64,000 bases of DNA from Antedon mediterranea. Its lineage: Eukaryota > Animalia > Echinodermata. The stretch is from contig NC_092671.1 of the NCBI RefSeq assembly GCF_964355755.1, positions 34,048,304 to 34,112,303 on the forward strand. The letters are read 5' to 3'. The translations under genes were made by a program, and so were the position numbers. Below, one piece after another: positions 28,299 through 42,483 of this stretch (position 1 is the stretch's first letter; each line of letters starts with the position of its first letter). The notes below the pieces were generated by a model. That model saw nothing but the letters and a program-made list of their open reading frames with translations. It did not search any database and was not told the DNA's origin.

Positions 28299-31200
28299 AA
28301 AAAACAACTAAATCCTACAACCTTTTCCACTTTAACCAATAACAACCGTCAAAAACTGTATCATAAATGAAACAAAAAGCTTAGCAAATATTTGTATACT
28401 ATTATCAACCGTTTTGTATTATTTCAGCCTTTCAAGACACTGCTGTTCAAGGAAACTCTAATGTCCCTTGGTTTCTGCGACCTTTAATTGGAGTCTATAA
28501 AGACATTCCTTCCCCTATCCTGCCATTTCATATCATGACAGAAGTCTGCGTTCTTCTGGACCCTCCACAACCACGTGCTAATGATTGGCGTAGTGTAGCT
28601 TGTAAGGTTGGCTATGATTGTTACATTAACTACATCATGAACATGATGAACAGTCCTACTATGTGTGTAATGCATGGATTGTCTGAGAAGCGGTTATCGT
28701 TGGACGATTTTAAGGACTGTATGATTGCAATGAATCGGCATGATGTTGTAGGTTTAATTGAGAAACATCTTAACCTATAAAGAGGAATGAACAAAGTAGA
28801 ATGATGAACAAATCATAAAATCAATTTGGTACTGTGTGTCTTGCACTTTGAATTCTAAAATAAATTATAAAATCAACTATTTTGAAAGTCATCCTTTTTT
28901 GTATACAGAGGCATAAATTGAGACCTATTTAAAGAATCAAAATATTAAATATCGAATGATAAATATTATTATAATACATATCATAACTTTGTTTATGACG
29001 TATCTATCAAAAAAATGTTTGATAATACTGATAGTTTGTTTTTAACGCAAAGAAGATTTCTGAGCCAACGTCATAATAAAACGTATAACTCGAATCAATA
29101 TTGTTTTTAGTATGCTTTAAATTTCTATATTTTCAGTTTCAAAGAAGCAAAGAATACAAATAGCAATCACAATTGTTTTTTTTTTAAGTATAATATCAAC
29201 CATGGCTATCTGTAAGTAGTTTATAACTAGTCTTTCTGTCTGTAACCTTACATAACTAATTATTATGTTTTAATTTATAGTTTTAGTTTGTTCAATAGTG
29301 CTATTAAATTAATTGCATTTTCCTCAAAAATGTTACATGTGGATTTTGTACTTTAGGATCTCTGTTTTCTTTTTATTATTGTACATGAAACAAGGGGATA
29401 TGGAAGCCTACATAATATTTAATCCTATTTACCACACGTGTAGTAAATAATACTTCATAATCAATAGTTTTCAAAAAAGGTTTTATATGTTCACGTTTGA
29501 ACAATGCACTTTTTACAGTTTGTGTAATTATTTGTACAGTAGTTAAGTTGCACTAATGGTTTAAATTTCATTTTACATATACTTGGTAGCCATGCAGTTT
29601 TCATATCAATTTAAAATCATTTTATTTTTATTCATATACAATTATATGAATGAAGATTAAGATGAACAAACCATTCATTGCATTCTAATCCTGTTATGAT
29701 TCCTTTCTTAATACAACCTTAGCATTTCTTAACACTGAGTTTAACTGAGTTTGTTTTGCAAATATGTTTCCTTAATAATCATTAATTTTCTTATAATATT
29801 TATACTACTAATCCAATGTTTATAATAACCAAATAAAGATTCAGTCAATAGAGGTGATTTGTTACATTTGTTGTATTATTACAATGTTTGATGTGTTTTT
29901 TTAATATAACATGAATGTTTATGCTATAGCCATTTGTTCCATTACGTGACTTAGGTGGTGAATGAGTGTGACTGAGTTCTAGACTGTGTTTCGACTTAAT
30001 ATTACTAAAAAAAGTACAATTTAACTTTTAACGTGGTTAACATTAACGTGTTATGATAAATGTGAACTTAAGAATCATAATTCTGATATGCATCTAATGG
30101 ACACAGTTCATGATAAAAATCTGTATCATGAACTGTGTCCATTTAGATTCATGCCAGATAGATCTACTAATTACGATTCAAACTTTTTTTGATATAATCT
30201 CAAAAATAGATAAATACACACATGCCTCCAGAACAAATATAATACTAATTATGATACAACTTTTTGTCTCTAGAACAACTATAAAACTAACCACAAACAT
30301 TAAAAGTTATTAGTTATTACATATTAGGCTTTAGTCTTGGGAAACAGAATAAATTAAAAGTCAACAATATATTTAAAAAATGCATTAAAACGGCAATAAA
30401 GGTAAAAACATAAAATACCTATACAATACAATACATTATATATTGAGTTACTCTCTTCTTGCGTCAGGGAAGAAAATTTATTCCGTAATAAACTCGGTTA
30501 TCTCCGCCTCTTTCACTCCCTGCTTTTAGTGGATCTATTTAAGCTGATGGTCGTCGATACAAAAGAAAACCCGCTCCCGATTTTATAGGCTATACATCAA
30601 AATTTAAAAGGCTTCCGATCAGTTTGGATATAGGTAATACTGAGGCAGGCCCCTCTTTGCATCCATGTTTACACATTGTTTTGACAATGAAATTAATCTA
30701 TATTGTTTAAATGAGCGGGTAGGCGAGGAATATTTAATGAACAATCGTGGTTTTGTTTTGTCACCAAACGTTAGAGGGATACACTTACTCACAGAGGAAT
30801 AATTTTTACGGTGTAAAGGTTTGCTCATTTGCATGTAAACAATCCGTAGTCAGATTCATGATATTTCTGCGATGCTGATAATAGATATTTTATTTCCTCT
30901 AAGTGTACATAAATCGTTTCTATATGCTTACATTCTTAAATATGTATATACACGAAAGAAACAAAAATCAAGGTACAAGAAAGTATGTAAAATAAGTTTT
31001 GTATACGACATAAACAGTACATTTGATTTCCATTTCACACAATTACTCCATACTCACTAAGAGAAAATAGCGAAAATCAGCCATTTTTGCGGGTAAAACA
31101 CAACATAATGCCACCGTGTCGAATAAAGTTTATAATGGACAATTGTGTTTACGAAATGAACCAAACGGTTGTTTTATCAATTGAAGGTATTTTTGTCGAT

Positions 31201-31481
31201 GCTATGTCAACCGATGCAATAATTGGGAACTCAAAGAATGCTACTGCATTCATTGGTTTTGTCTTCCTTGTTTACCTTGTCTACTCTCTGATTAATACTC
31301 AGTCTACTCATGGAGTTTTGATAAAGGTAGATAGGCCTACATATGTATAATTTGTTTGATTTGGTAACTTAAGCCTGGTTTATTTATGTTGTTGCGTGTC
31401 TCTCAGTCAGCCAATTGTCTTAGACTGATCACACAAGGATTAACGCGTTTCTTGAACATAGATTTACTGCAAATACATAAT

Positions 31482-34400
31482 TAGTATCCCCATTTTACAC
31501 TTTCTCTGGGAAAAAATTAGAAACAAGTGTTTCTCAACTGATTTATTTCATTTGGGGTCTATATATCCACAAAAAAAAAGTTCCAGCTCATCTGGCCTGG
31601 GGAAAGTCGCCATTTTGGATTTTTAAAATGGCTGCCATAAATTACATATTTTTGCTCATAACTCAGCTTCTACATCATGTATGGACATGATTTTGGTGGT
31701 AAAGTATATGTTTTTAGGGTCAAGGAATCCAAATACAGCATTTTGAAAATTACTCAAAGGCCGCCATTTTGTTTTTCAAAATGGCCGCCATAAAATACAG
31801 ATTTTCTCATATCTTAGCTTCTACAAATTATATGGATGTGATTTTGGTGGCAAAGTGTATGTTTTGAGGGTCAAGGAATGCAAGGAAATCATTTTTAAGT
31901 TCACTAAATGACCACCATTTTGTTTTTCAACATGGCTGCCATAGCATTTACAGAATTGTCCACATACCTCAACTTCTATCATCATATCTGATTTTGTTGA
32001 CTAGGCCTAAGTCTATGGTTACAGAATAAACATTTTCCAAATCTTATAACTTGCCATATTAGAGTTCAAAATGGCCGCCATATTGTATTGCACAGTATAG
32101 TTTTTGGGTTTCGAAATACAAATACACTATTCTGAAATGTTTTTTTTGCACAATTGCTATTTTTTATCTTTAAAAATGGAAATGGTCCTTGGATTCATAA
32201 CATATAGCATTAAAATCCATGTAATTTGAATATCTACAATAAAATGGCCACAATAAACATACAGCTTAATTGTCAGCTATCGAGCAATCGTCATCACTTT
32301 CCTCGTATGATCCTTTACCATTAGAGCAGTGATCACTGCAATAACCACACGCAGCAACACATGCTATAGAGTACTTTCTACAGCTGCATTTGTTTGTGCT
32401 GCATAGGTTTCCTCCTTTGCAGTTACAGCATATTGATTTCAGTAAAGATTGAGGTGCAATATCATCGTCTGTCATGATTGGAGATGATTGTCATAAATCC
32501 TCCAGCCTCTTTCATCGGGTTTATAGCATTTGTATTCAAGAGCTTCCATGTAATAACTTGCTGATGAGAGTGCTTTATAGTTGAACAATTGTTGGTGGTA
32601 GTCTGTCTGGATTTAGTTTACCCTTTGCTGCCTGTCGCACAAATTAGTCATGTCTTGCCTTGGACAAGATATCTGGATTCAGACCATGTAATCAACGTAG
32701 CCTTAATACCATATTTACTAACATTTTCGATGCTTGATAGCGGGTTGATGAAAATCGATACAACAGTAGGAGGGAATTTCTTCTTGTAAATGTAGCTGGT
32801 TTAGTGTATCCACATATAGATGATACAGTGTCACATACAGACCATGCATAATTAAAAAGAAATTCATCACGGTCAGCGATTAAACCAGTAATAGACGATA
32901 TTTTAAAGATTAAGCTACTTATTTGAAAAAAGAGCTTTGGTTGGACAATGGTAGCATAAAAGAACTAACACATCTGTATCTTCGGCAACTACAACCGCAT
33001 TTGTATCAGAACAATTGGTTTGAGATATAGCTTCTTTAACCATTACCGTGTCTGCATCTTCATCAGCTTGGATGGTTTTAATACCACATCTTTAGATTTC
33101 CTGAGAGTGTAATGTTATGAAAGATGCTTCCTCTCGTTCTGATGAAACCTTGGTATCTAGAGTAATGTTCACATTACTGCTTGTTTTCTTCTGGAATGTT
33201 TTTCGATGATGCTCGTAGCCTTTGGTTTGCTAGGATATCCATCCCAAACAACTATACACCACCATTACATTTCCTCTGGAAGAGGCCTATGTAGGACATC
33301 ACAACATCAGAAAAGTAACCACTTTATTCCATGGTACTTGGTGTAAGAACCAACCACCATCAACAATGTGAACAGATACGGCATCTATTGTGGTGGTGTT
33401 GGAAACATTCTCCTTCAGCATTCGAACAAATTTTGATTTTTCTGGCTTTCTCATAAATTTGTCCATTTTAAAGAAAGCTGTTGGAACAGGTGTCAGTTCA
33501 TATCCAAATGCCGTTTCGATGTCTCCATCTCTTTCAGAGAGAACAATAAGTCTGTTGAAGAGAACCGTTTTTTCGACAGAAATCTTCTTTGTTCCAACTT
33601 TTACATGCTTTTCAAGAGAACTTAGTAGTTTTACTTTCATAGGTGAGTGGCATCGTCCAAGCTTTCTTGGATGTCTTGGCCAATGTTCCAAGCTTGTTCA
33701 CAACTGGTTTGTGTCGGTTATATTCAATCCAGTTGAGAGTGAAGCTATCACAAGAGGATCGCTTACCACTATAAATGGTCTTTCTGTAGACGTACTTTCC
33801 CGAAATCTTTGTTACTTCGTTTGTCTCTCTTTAACCGACCCTTTCATCCATCATCATTTCCAGATGCGTTAAATGCGATAAGCTAGAAACCCACACTTTT
33901 ACTGAATTTGTATGACGAAGTCTGCCACAGTAGGTACAGTATTGCCTAACAAGTGATACCATCTCGTGATATAAAGCCCACAACTTAGATGTTCTTGATA
34001 CCTGTTTGATCTTCCCGATTATTCTATTTACTGTGTCTATATCTGGAGTCAAAACATCTTCATCCTGTGTCATCATTGTATGATAAAACAGCTGAATCTG
34101 CTAAAAATGGGCTCTGAGAGCTTTTGAATATGCAGCTCCATTTAAAATGTGACAGTATTTGGTTCATAAAGTAATCAAAGCACATCTTCCAAACCCGAAC
34201 CAGTCATTATATGTACAATACAACCCAGGATGCTCTTGAGAAGATTGAATCATCCAAGCCTGACAACAACTGGCAGGTGCCTTTTCCTAACTATCTGTAT
34301 TGTTTTAACCCACAGTGGTTGATTATGTGAAGAGCTAAAAGATATACATTTACAGAGTGTAGTATACACTGTCGAATTATCATTTGGGTCATTTAGACTT

Positions 34401-35048
34401 GATCGGCAGAAACTATATTGTCGACTTCTCCACTGATCCAGTACTTGTGCATAAATCCAGACCAGTTAGGATGACCAGTGCTGGTCTCCGGTGTATTTGG
34501 TAACCATCCATTCACCACATAAGACGCTGCTTTAAATAGGATCTCTTTTGTCACAAAAAGCATATATGATGATAAAAGCTGAGATATGAACAAAATTCTG
34601 TAAATTTTATGGCAGCCATTTTGAAAAACAAAATGGCAACCATAGAGTGAACTAATTTATTTGCATTCATTGACCCTCAAAACATACATTTTTCCACCAA
34701 AATTACATCCATTTATTTTGTAGAAGCTGAGATATCAGAAAATCTGTATTTTATGGCGGCCATTCAGTGAACTTCAATATGCTGTATTTGGATTCCTTGA
34801 CCCTAAAAACATATACTTTACCACCAAAATCATGTCCATACATGATGTATAAACTGAGTTATGAACAAAAATCTGTAATTTATGGCAGCCATTTTAAAAA
34901 TCCAAAATGGCGACTTTCCCCAGGTCAGATGAGCTGGAACATTTTTTTGGTGGATATATAGACCCCAGATGACACAAATCAGTCGAGAAACATTTGTTTC
35001 TAATTTTTTCCCAGATTGGCCCTTTTTAGACTTAATTTAGGGATACTA
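31482..35048 (-). mobile_element. Internally deleted Academ-like (AcademX) DNA transposon
   Basis: TAGTATCCC...GGGATACTA termini, about 450-bp imperfect TIRs, candidate 3-bp TSD AAT. Minus-strand fragments with XPG/PIN-like motifs (IVDGG, ADEDADT, VVAEDTDV, CDTVS) and a C-terminal 8-Cys cluster (CCNCKGG..CSTNKCSCRK...CVAACGYC). Confidence 0.75.
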
Positions 35049-35819
35049 AATGGTGTTTCCTGTTGAATAAGATTCCCAGGTAAGTAGATAGTATTATCAT
35101 ACCAAAGTATAATCAATTATCTTGCAATTTATTTTTAAATTGTACAAATATGTTGTAACTGTAATCATACCAAAGTGTAATCAATTATCTTGCAATTTAT
35201 TTCTCAAATTGTAGAAATATGTTGTAACTGTAATTATGCTTATTTCTAATAAATAACAAAGATGAAAATGACAAGAATGAATGGCAAGAAATTCTTTCCA
35301 TACAGTCACGCACTACGTGAGAGAAGAATAGCAAAAGTCAGACATTTTATACTCTGACTCGAGACGATGTGGATAATATGCCTAAAAATAAACCACAGTG
35401 GTAGTACCTTTGTCAATGCTAGATCAACCATTATCATTGAATACAATATATCAATAATCAACTACAAAACGCAACTAGTAGGCCTATAAGAATAATTTAG
35501 GGAGCTTGTCATAAAAGTCATCATCATTGGTTTAGCCTAGTTTGTTTTTGTCGTGCATAAGTGAAATACACCCATCAAGTAAAACAAAATTAGATTGGAT
35601 TTTATTGATTTGAGATAACAGTAAGTATAATTTGGACATAATTGTCACTGTTACAACAGCTTATGTACGGATGTCACCCTAGATCTTACTCTTAGCATTC
35701 GTGATCTTAGGTTTCGTGACACCCGCCTATAGTACTGCAGTAATCTAAATTAATGGTTGTTTTTACATTAAATGGCGTCTTTTTTAAGGATATTTATGAT
35801 CCTTTTAAGGAGATAACAG

Positions 35820-38330
35820 TGTTTTCTCTTTTATCTGTAGCTCTTTCACGAGCCGTATGAAGTGCAACCATGGAATCTAATTTTGAAAACCCGGAAAAAA
35901 GGTAATACTATTTGTATCTTATAACAATAGAAATAAATAATAAGTCTGCACCAGCTGTATCTCAATTAGTGCTTCAAAATTTCATTTTTCCACTATAGGC
36001 CTAATGAATCAAAAGTAAAATTACAATACATGTAGTAGCCTAGGTGACAACAAATAATTAAAATTGAATTTAAATAAATAAATTTAACAAACAGTAGCCC
36101 TTCTATTCAATAAAGGTACGGCTTACTACTGATGTATGTAATTTTATAATACTATTTCCCACAATCTATTCCGATGCTTTATGGCGTATAGTGTTATTAT
36201 TTATTGCTAGGTCTGATATTGTGTGTAACTAACAGAAACTAACAATTTATATAAAAATAAATAACATCAAATATTTTGATGAATTTTACCGACATTTAGA
36301 GACAATGAAATGATTTTCAATAAATAGTAGAGCAAGAAAATGTAAATAATTAATACAGCTCTATTCCTACATTATTTATGTAAACATAATGGAACTTATA
36401 TATTCTTTTTTACAGTGAAATGTTAAAATACGTTGAACTGTAAGTATAATCTTAAACCAGTTCAATTACTCATAATATTTACTAAATTAGTAAATATGGT
36501 ATTGTAAAATAGTACAATAAAATTAAATATGAGATGATGAATAAACTTAATTTAATAAATTAATATAATAATGAAACGTTTCGTTAGTATAAACTTAAAC
36601 CAGTAAAATTAATAATAAAATCATAATGTGTCAGTATGTACTATATTAATAAATATGGCCCTGTAAAGTAGACAGTAAAATGATATATGATGAGGGCGTG
36701 TGGCGCAGTGTGTTGGACGATGAACTACTGATCGTGAGACTGAGGTTCGAATCCAACTCTCGCCGCCGCATTGCTTGTATCCTTAGGCAAGATACTTTAC
36801 TTACGTGTGGCTCTCTCTACCCAGCTGTATAAATGGGTACCCGGTTAGATCAAGACACAACTTTGCGTTGATTACTGCATTATGGGAGTAAGTTTCCATA
36901 CGTGTTTGATCCAAACAAAATTACTGGGGTAATACTGTTCAGCGCATTGAGAGCTCGCTTATATGCACTATACTATTATTATTATTATATGATAATTGGA
37001 ATTGCATATTATGACAAAGACAAAGCATCAAAAACCAAATGCATATGTCACACTTTGCTTAATAATATATCATAGTTCTTTTAAAAGATCTAAATTTTGT
37101 TGAAATTAAAAGGACTTTAAAGATGCAACACACGAAGTCACACATTTTGTATACACACTGCTTATAGATCAGGAATTGTCTATTAAATTATATGTACTTC
37201 ATTAATTTATATTTTGCTCTTTAGCCTATATACCATAATACCATAACGTAATAATGAAACTTTAAATTTGAAAACCCGCAAAAAAGAGTAATACTATCTG
37301 TATCTTATAATAATAGAAATAAACAATAAGTTTGCACAAGTTGTCTCAATATTGCTTACAAATGTTATTTTTATATTTATTTTCCACTATAATGAATCAA
37401 AAGTAAAATAGCAATGTGGTATCCTAGGTGATAACAAATAATTAAAATTTAATTTAAATAAACAAATTTCATAAACAGTAGCCCTTCTATTCAATAAAGG
37501 TACGGCTTATTACTGAATACAAATTTCACAAACAGTAGCTTTTCTGAACATTGTATTAATTCACCTCATTAATTATATTGATGACGTACAGTACGCTACT
37601 GCAATGCATATTTATTTCAATACTATTTTATTAGGATGGTCCATCCAGCCGAAACATTTTAAGCATATTGCCACATTATTGCTCATTTTCAAACGTTCAT
37701 TATAATAGTAAATTACTAGATTTATCTTTATGACATAACTAGTGTTATTATTTATTGCATGGTTTAACAGAAAAAATGTATATAAAAATAATTAGCATCA
37801 AACATATATGATGAATTCTACAGAGATTTAGAGACAATGAACTGATTTTCAATAAATAATAGAACAAGAAAATGTAAATAATTAATACAGCACTATTTAT
37901 AAATTATTTATGTAAACATAATGAAACTTATATATTCTTTTTTACAGTGACTCAGACGATTTTATATCGTAAGTATAAGCTTAAACCAGTAAAATTAATA
38001 ATAAAATCATGTTTCTTCATTATGTACTAAATTAATAAACATGGCCCTGTAAAGTAGTACAGTAAAATGATATATGATGAATAAACTTGCATGTTATGAC
38101 CAAGACAAAGCATCCAAAATCAAAATACATTATACCTTAATACCTCACTATTACGTCTATGTCACACTTTGCTTAACTCATCCCTTGTATATAATAGTTC
38201 TTTTAAACGATTTAAATTTTGTTTAAATTAAAATGACTTGACACGTACGTGTACACACACATTTTGTAGACACACTGTAGGTCAGGAATGTCTATTGAAT
38301 TATATGTACTGTACTGCGTTAATTTAGATT
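35820..38330 (+). repeat. About 1.1-1.4-kb local tandem duplication carrying small exon-like units
   Basis: 35880-37200 aligns with 37265-38330; only the first unit contains the SINE. Confidence 0.8.
36692..36985 (+). mobile_element. tRNA-derived SINE with a conserved central domain and L2-like tail
   Basis: A box tggcgcagtg, B box ggttcgaatcc, core tccttaggcaag...cccagctgtataaatgggtacc, (TAT)n tail, atatgat repeated on both flanks; empty site at about 38078. Confidence 0.85.
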
Positions 38331-39299
38331 GTGATATTTATAAAGAAAAAATAGTCCTACATTGTCCTGTGGTTCATATAGCCTTTAAAAATTATGAAAT
38401 TTATCATTTAACAATTGAAAGTAAATACAAGTAGTAAACCTGTAATGAAATACAAATTCATGAATGGATTTGTATTATTATTATAGTCAACACGAAGAAA
38501 AACAAAATTCCATGTACTTTCAAATAATTGTAAAATAAGTTCATGGATTATTATTTTAACAAACAAAACATACTATTAAATGTTACTGTCTGTACTATTT
38601 TAGGAAATTCTCTAAATTGTGAATTAATTTAATATAAAAAGGCTAAATAGATCGAACGATGGGCATCAGCGTATTCTGCAAATGTTGTTTATAAATCGAT
38701 CGTTAACCCGTTTCTTGGAATATAGCACTCCTTCATTTAATGATAACTGTGTGCATAGCCTTATTGTTAAACATTCGTAACAGCTTCCATAATTTCGAAT
38801 CGACTTGAATTATTTTGTTCATGCCATTATTCAACAATCACGAGACAAAAGCCGTTCAAAACAATGTGATTAGTGACGATAGTGTTCACGTTTAATTTAT
38901 TTTTCAAAATTAAAAAGGTGTTTAATCAAATCGGTATTCCGACACTGTCGAAGGATAGGTTTTGTTCCAGTTAACCCCACCACCTAAATTATCCTCATCA
39001 TCAAAGTAAAGAAAAAAAGAAACAGACTTTTGTTTTCAAGCACTGCCCGTGGTGAATACAAAGAGAGATTCAGTACTCTCATTTATGAAATGATGGTGAA
39101 TTTGTATTTTTATTTTTTTTAACCTTCTATCTCCCAGGCTTGTGATGAGAGGACTATTCAACAGTCTCCCAATTTTCAACAGAATATCGACGTCCCATCC
39201 CACTTCTAAATAAATCACTTTCAGTCTGGAGTACGCCCTCTGGCTAGTCTGGGTTCCAGACGGAGTTTTGTCTTAATATAAGTAAAAAGATAAATATTT

Positions 39300-40830
39300 T
39301 GGCACATATGGCGTTTCATACGTATACTACTTGATTTTGGATAGCGAAGGTGTCAAAGAAAGAGAATTAGAAATTAATATTTTTGATGTAAAGATTGGCA
39401 GCTTATTCTCGGTTGATGATATCATTCTAATCGGAGACAGTGAGCAAGACTTAGAATTACTTTTGAATGCAGCAAATGATTTTGCAACCAAATGGAGAAT
39501 GGTATAAAATTTTAATAAATCCAATGTTATTGTAACCTTAACGAGTATAGAAAATGGCCAGTTGGTAATACTTGTATTAATGAAACTAACAATTATAAAT
39601 ATCTAGGAATGTTTATTTCAAGAAAAATAAAAGATACATGCCAAAATAGATGAGGTTGTTAAAACGGGAAATAGGGTAATGGCATATATCAAATCTATTA
39701 TAAATGGGCAGGAAGACTTCAATAGAATAAATTATATTAGCATAATATGCTTTTGCGATAATAAGACTGCTATAGAAACAACGCCATATAGATGGCTGCA
39801 GTCGCGTGCTCATTAGTGTTTACCGACCAACCGACCAACCTACCAACTGACCAAAATTACTGAACATGTTTAAAAATGTTGAAATGTTTAAAAACATTTA
39901 TATTTTTTTAATATACACGTTCGTAGCCTGTCACTTTTGACGTGCTCGTATAACATAATTTCGAGTTGAAAAGTAAGTGAAGAAAACAGAAATCGGGCAA
40001 AAAGAGTGCGCAATAATATTTAACGCGCAGTGCGCGCGCAAAAATCTGCGCACTCATGGCAATTTTGTAAACGCTTAAAATTGCCTGAAACGTACTCTTA
40101 TTTCATCGAAAATAAATTTTGAAAATGTTAAGCGCGCGTAAGCATGCGTTACATGCGCTACGCACGTAATTGTATTGCCATATGATGATTTATGCCCTGA
40201 AATGTATGAGTACCAAATTTTATTTAATTGTGATTCATGGTTGTGAAGATATGATTACAAACGTGATTTCGTTAAATCGTGCGTACACCGCGTAATTTTT
40301 TATTGCGCACTGTGAAAACGTAACCATATCGATTCCTGGCCATAAGGGAATATACTGTGAAAAATTGACCTAGCTAAATTAAACTGATATCAAGATAAGG
40401 TCAGAAAGCGATAAAACGCATAGTGATACCAGACCAACCGACCGACCGACCGATCGACATAGTGAACTATAGAGTCGCGTCCACGCGACTAAAAATTGAA
40501 AATATACAATATCAAATGACAATATATCTCTTAAAGGCACCCAGATATGTCACAAAGGAAGCTCTATATGGTGAACTTGGCTGGCAATCAATCAAATCAA
40601 TACAATCAGATAGAATCTTAAAATATTTCTATAGACTTAAAAATATGGAAGAACATCGTTGGCCAAGGTTACCTTTTAGAGCTATCTTTGAACTTAAGGA
40701 TATACTTAGTTGGAAATGGCTTCAAAATATTGAAACCATTTTAAATAAATTTGATATGCAAATGTATTTTAATATTGACTATTGTACAAAATGGCTTCAA
40801 AGAGAAAAATGTTATAAAAGATAATAGGCT
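39300..40830 (+). mobile_element. Degenerate non-LTR RT fragment (RTE/RTE-X-like), split by a HINE-like insertion
   Basis: IGSLFSVDDIILIGDSEQDLELLLNAANDFATKWRM (catalytic xADD region) and ALYGELGW...ILKYFYRLKNMEEHRWPR. Confidence 0.65.
39778..40492 (-). mobile_element. DINE/HINE-like element, family C ends with a family B core, inserted in an RT fragment
   Basis: agtcgcgtccacgcgact end palindrome, CCGA microsatellite, shared core. Confidence 0.7.
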
Positions 40831-41794
40831 AGTCAATCTAGCATTTTGAGTGAAACAAATTGCAAACAGAGATTTTTCTTTTTTAAATTGTCACATGTGA
40901 TGAGGAGATTAAAATTTGAGAATCACACCTCTGTCACTCATCCCGGTGATATGCAAATTAGTTTAAATATGCAAATTAGGGTGAAATTACAGGGTTATTA
41001 TATATCAAAAACTACTAGTCAGAGAGACTTGTTCAGAATGTACATATTTATATTTGCTCTAATGAAACATTTTACGAAAAAATGACCGGAAGTACAACAT
41101 TTGACCCTCGACCCCATTTCTCAATGTTTGCATACTCAATGTGACTAAGATGTCTGTAGAGACTTTATTTTTCCATCAAATGACCCTGATATAGGTTCCT
41201 AATAGTTCGCATAGGACCATTTTGTAATTCCCAAAATCACACCTTTATCACACGCCTCAAAAGTATGCAAATTAGTAGTACTGTACAAGTAAAATAAAAT
41301 ATGCAAATAAGGGGAAAAATTTACAGATGTATATCTCAAAAACTACTAGTTGATTTTTTCACAGCTGTATTCAGAATATACATATTTCTATTTGCTCCAA
41401 TAAAACATTTTACAAGAAAATGACCGGGGGTATGACATTTGATTTTTTCAAAAACTTGTTCAAAATGTACATATTTATATTTGCTCTAATGAAACATTTT
41501 ACGAAAAAATGACCGTAAATACAAAAAATGACCCTTGACCCCATTTATCAAATGACTTGGATACAGGTTTTATAAACCAGTATAGGACCGTTTAGTCAAG
41601 CACCTCGAAAGTATGCAAATTTGTAGTACAGGTTATATGAAATATGCAAATTACAGTGAATTGCCATATCTTGAAAAATCCTAACCTGTTGTACTACTAC
41701 TACTACTTTCAAGAGAAATAAAAAGGTGTGATTTTGAGAATTACTAAACAGTACTATGCTATGGAACGCATCCTCTGCCTTCAGTTCACATTTA

Positions 41795-42483
41795 TCATGC
41801 AGTACACACCAATCGTCATGAAATACACACCAATCGTCATGTAGTACACACCAATGGTCATGCAGTACACACCAATCGTCATGCAGTACACACCAAACAT
41901 CATGCAGTGCACACCAAACATCATGCAGTACACACCAAACAGCATGCAGTACACACCAATCGTCATGCAGTACACACCAATGGTCATGCAGTACACACCA
42001 ATCATCATGCAGTATACACCAATCGTCATGCAGTCAGATATTGCGTAATTTATACCGCCACTTATCGACAAAATCGAATATCACGAGACGTTTATTAGAC
42101 GGCTGTAAAACTAAAGCCATCGACTCTAAGATTTATTTTATGCTTGACATAATGTACTTATTTTAACCGCTACACATCTCTGTGAATGCTCTGTTTTTTT
42201 TATAGAAACAATACTTTGTTATGCGAGACACAGGCGCGGCTAGAAGGCCATTGAAATTATTGAATTCTATAAAAGAAGAAGAGAAAAAGAAATAAATAGT
42301 CTTAGTTTTACAACCGTCTAATAAACGTCACGTGATAACGGTGATATTCGATTTTGTCGATAGGTGGCGGTACTGCATTACGATTGGTGTGTACTGCATG
42401 ACGATTGGTGTGTACTGCATGACGATTGGTGTGTATTTCATGACCATTGGTGTGTACTGCATGTGGATTGGTGTGTACTGCAT
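41795..42483. repeat. 21-bp minisatellite (about 11 units) and an inverted copy (about 5 units), forming the arms of an inverted repeat
   Basis: catgcagtacacaccaatcgt at 41795-42033 and its reverse complement at 42370-42483; unique inverted arms at 42052-42114 and 42302-42371. Confidence 0.9.

Larger units (their letters stand above)
18073..28780 (+). pseudogene. 5'-truncated, disabled paralog of the Roco gene (G4-COR-death domain exons only)
   Basis: Exons and introns align with 52366-58781. Lesions: +1 near 18100, 14-nt deletion near 18566, TAC to TAA at 19736-19738, +1 near 19796, in-frame TAG near 20227, -1 near 20518, conserved death-domain W changed to L. No DED or G1-G3 exons seen upstream in the window. 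Confidence 0.85.
18037..35660 (+). repeat. Segmental duplication, copy A (paralogous to about 52325-62310)
   Basis: Collinear high identity through introns, 3' region and downstream DNA: 28780-31010 vs 58781-60968; 31074-31161 vs 61993-62082; 35390-35655 vs 62087-62307. Interrupted by copy-specific insertions. Confidence 0.85.

Noticed and set aside
28428-28780. Stand-alone functional death-domain gene
   Set aside because: The exon is open but belongs to a disabled copy, has W changed to L at a conserved site and shows no promoter evidence; a decoy role cannot be supported from sequence alone.
31087-31350. Small membrane protein ORF (and similar ORF 45188-45412)
   Set aside because: The two are related at DNA level but the frame is not conserved; treated as paralogous non-coding leader exons.
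36692-36770. Functional tRNA gene
   Set aside because: A and B boxes are present but it continues into a SINE body and tail; no clean cloverleaf.
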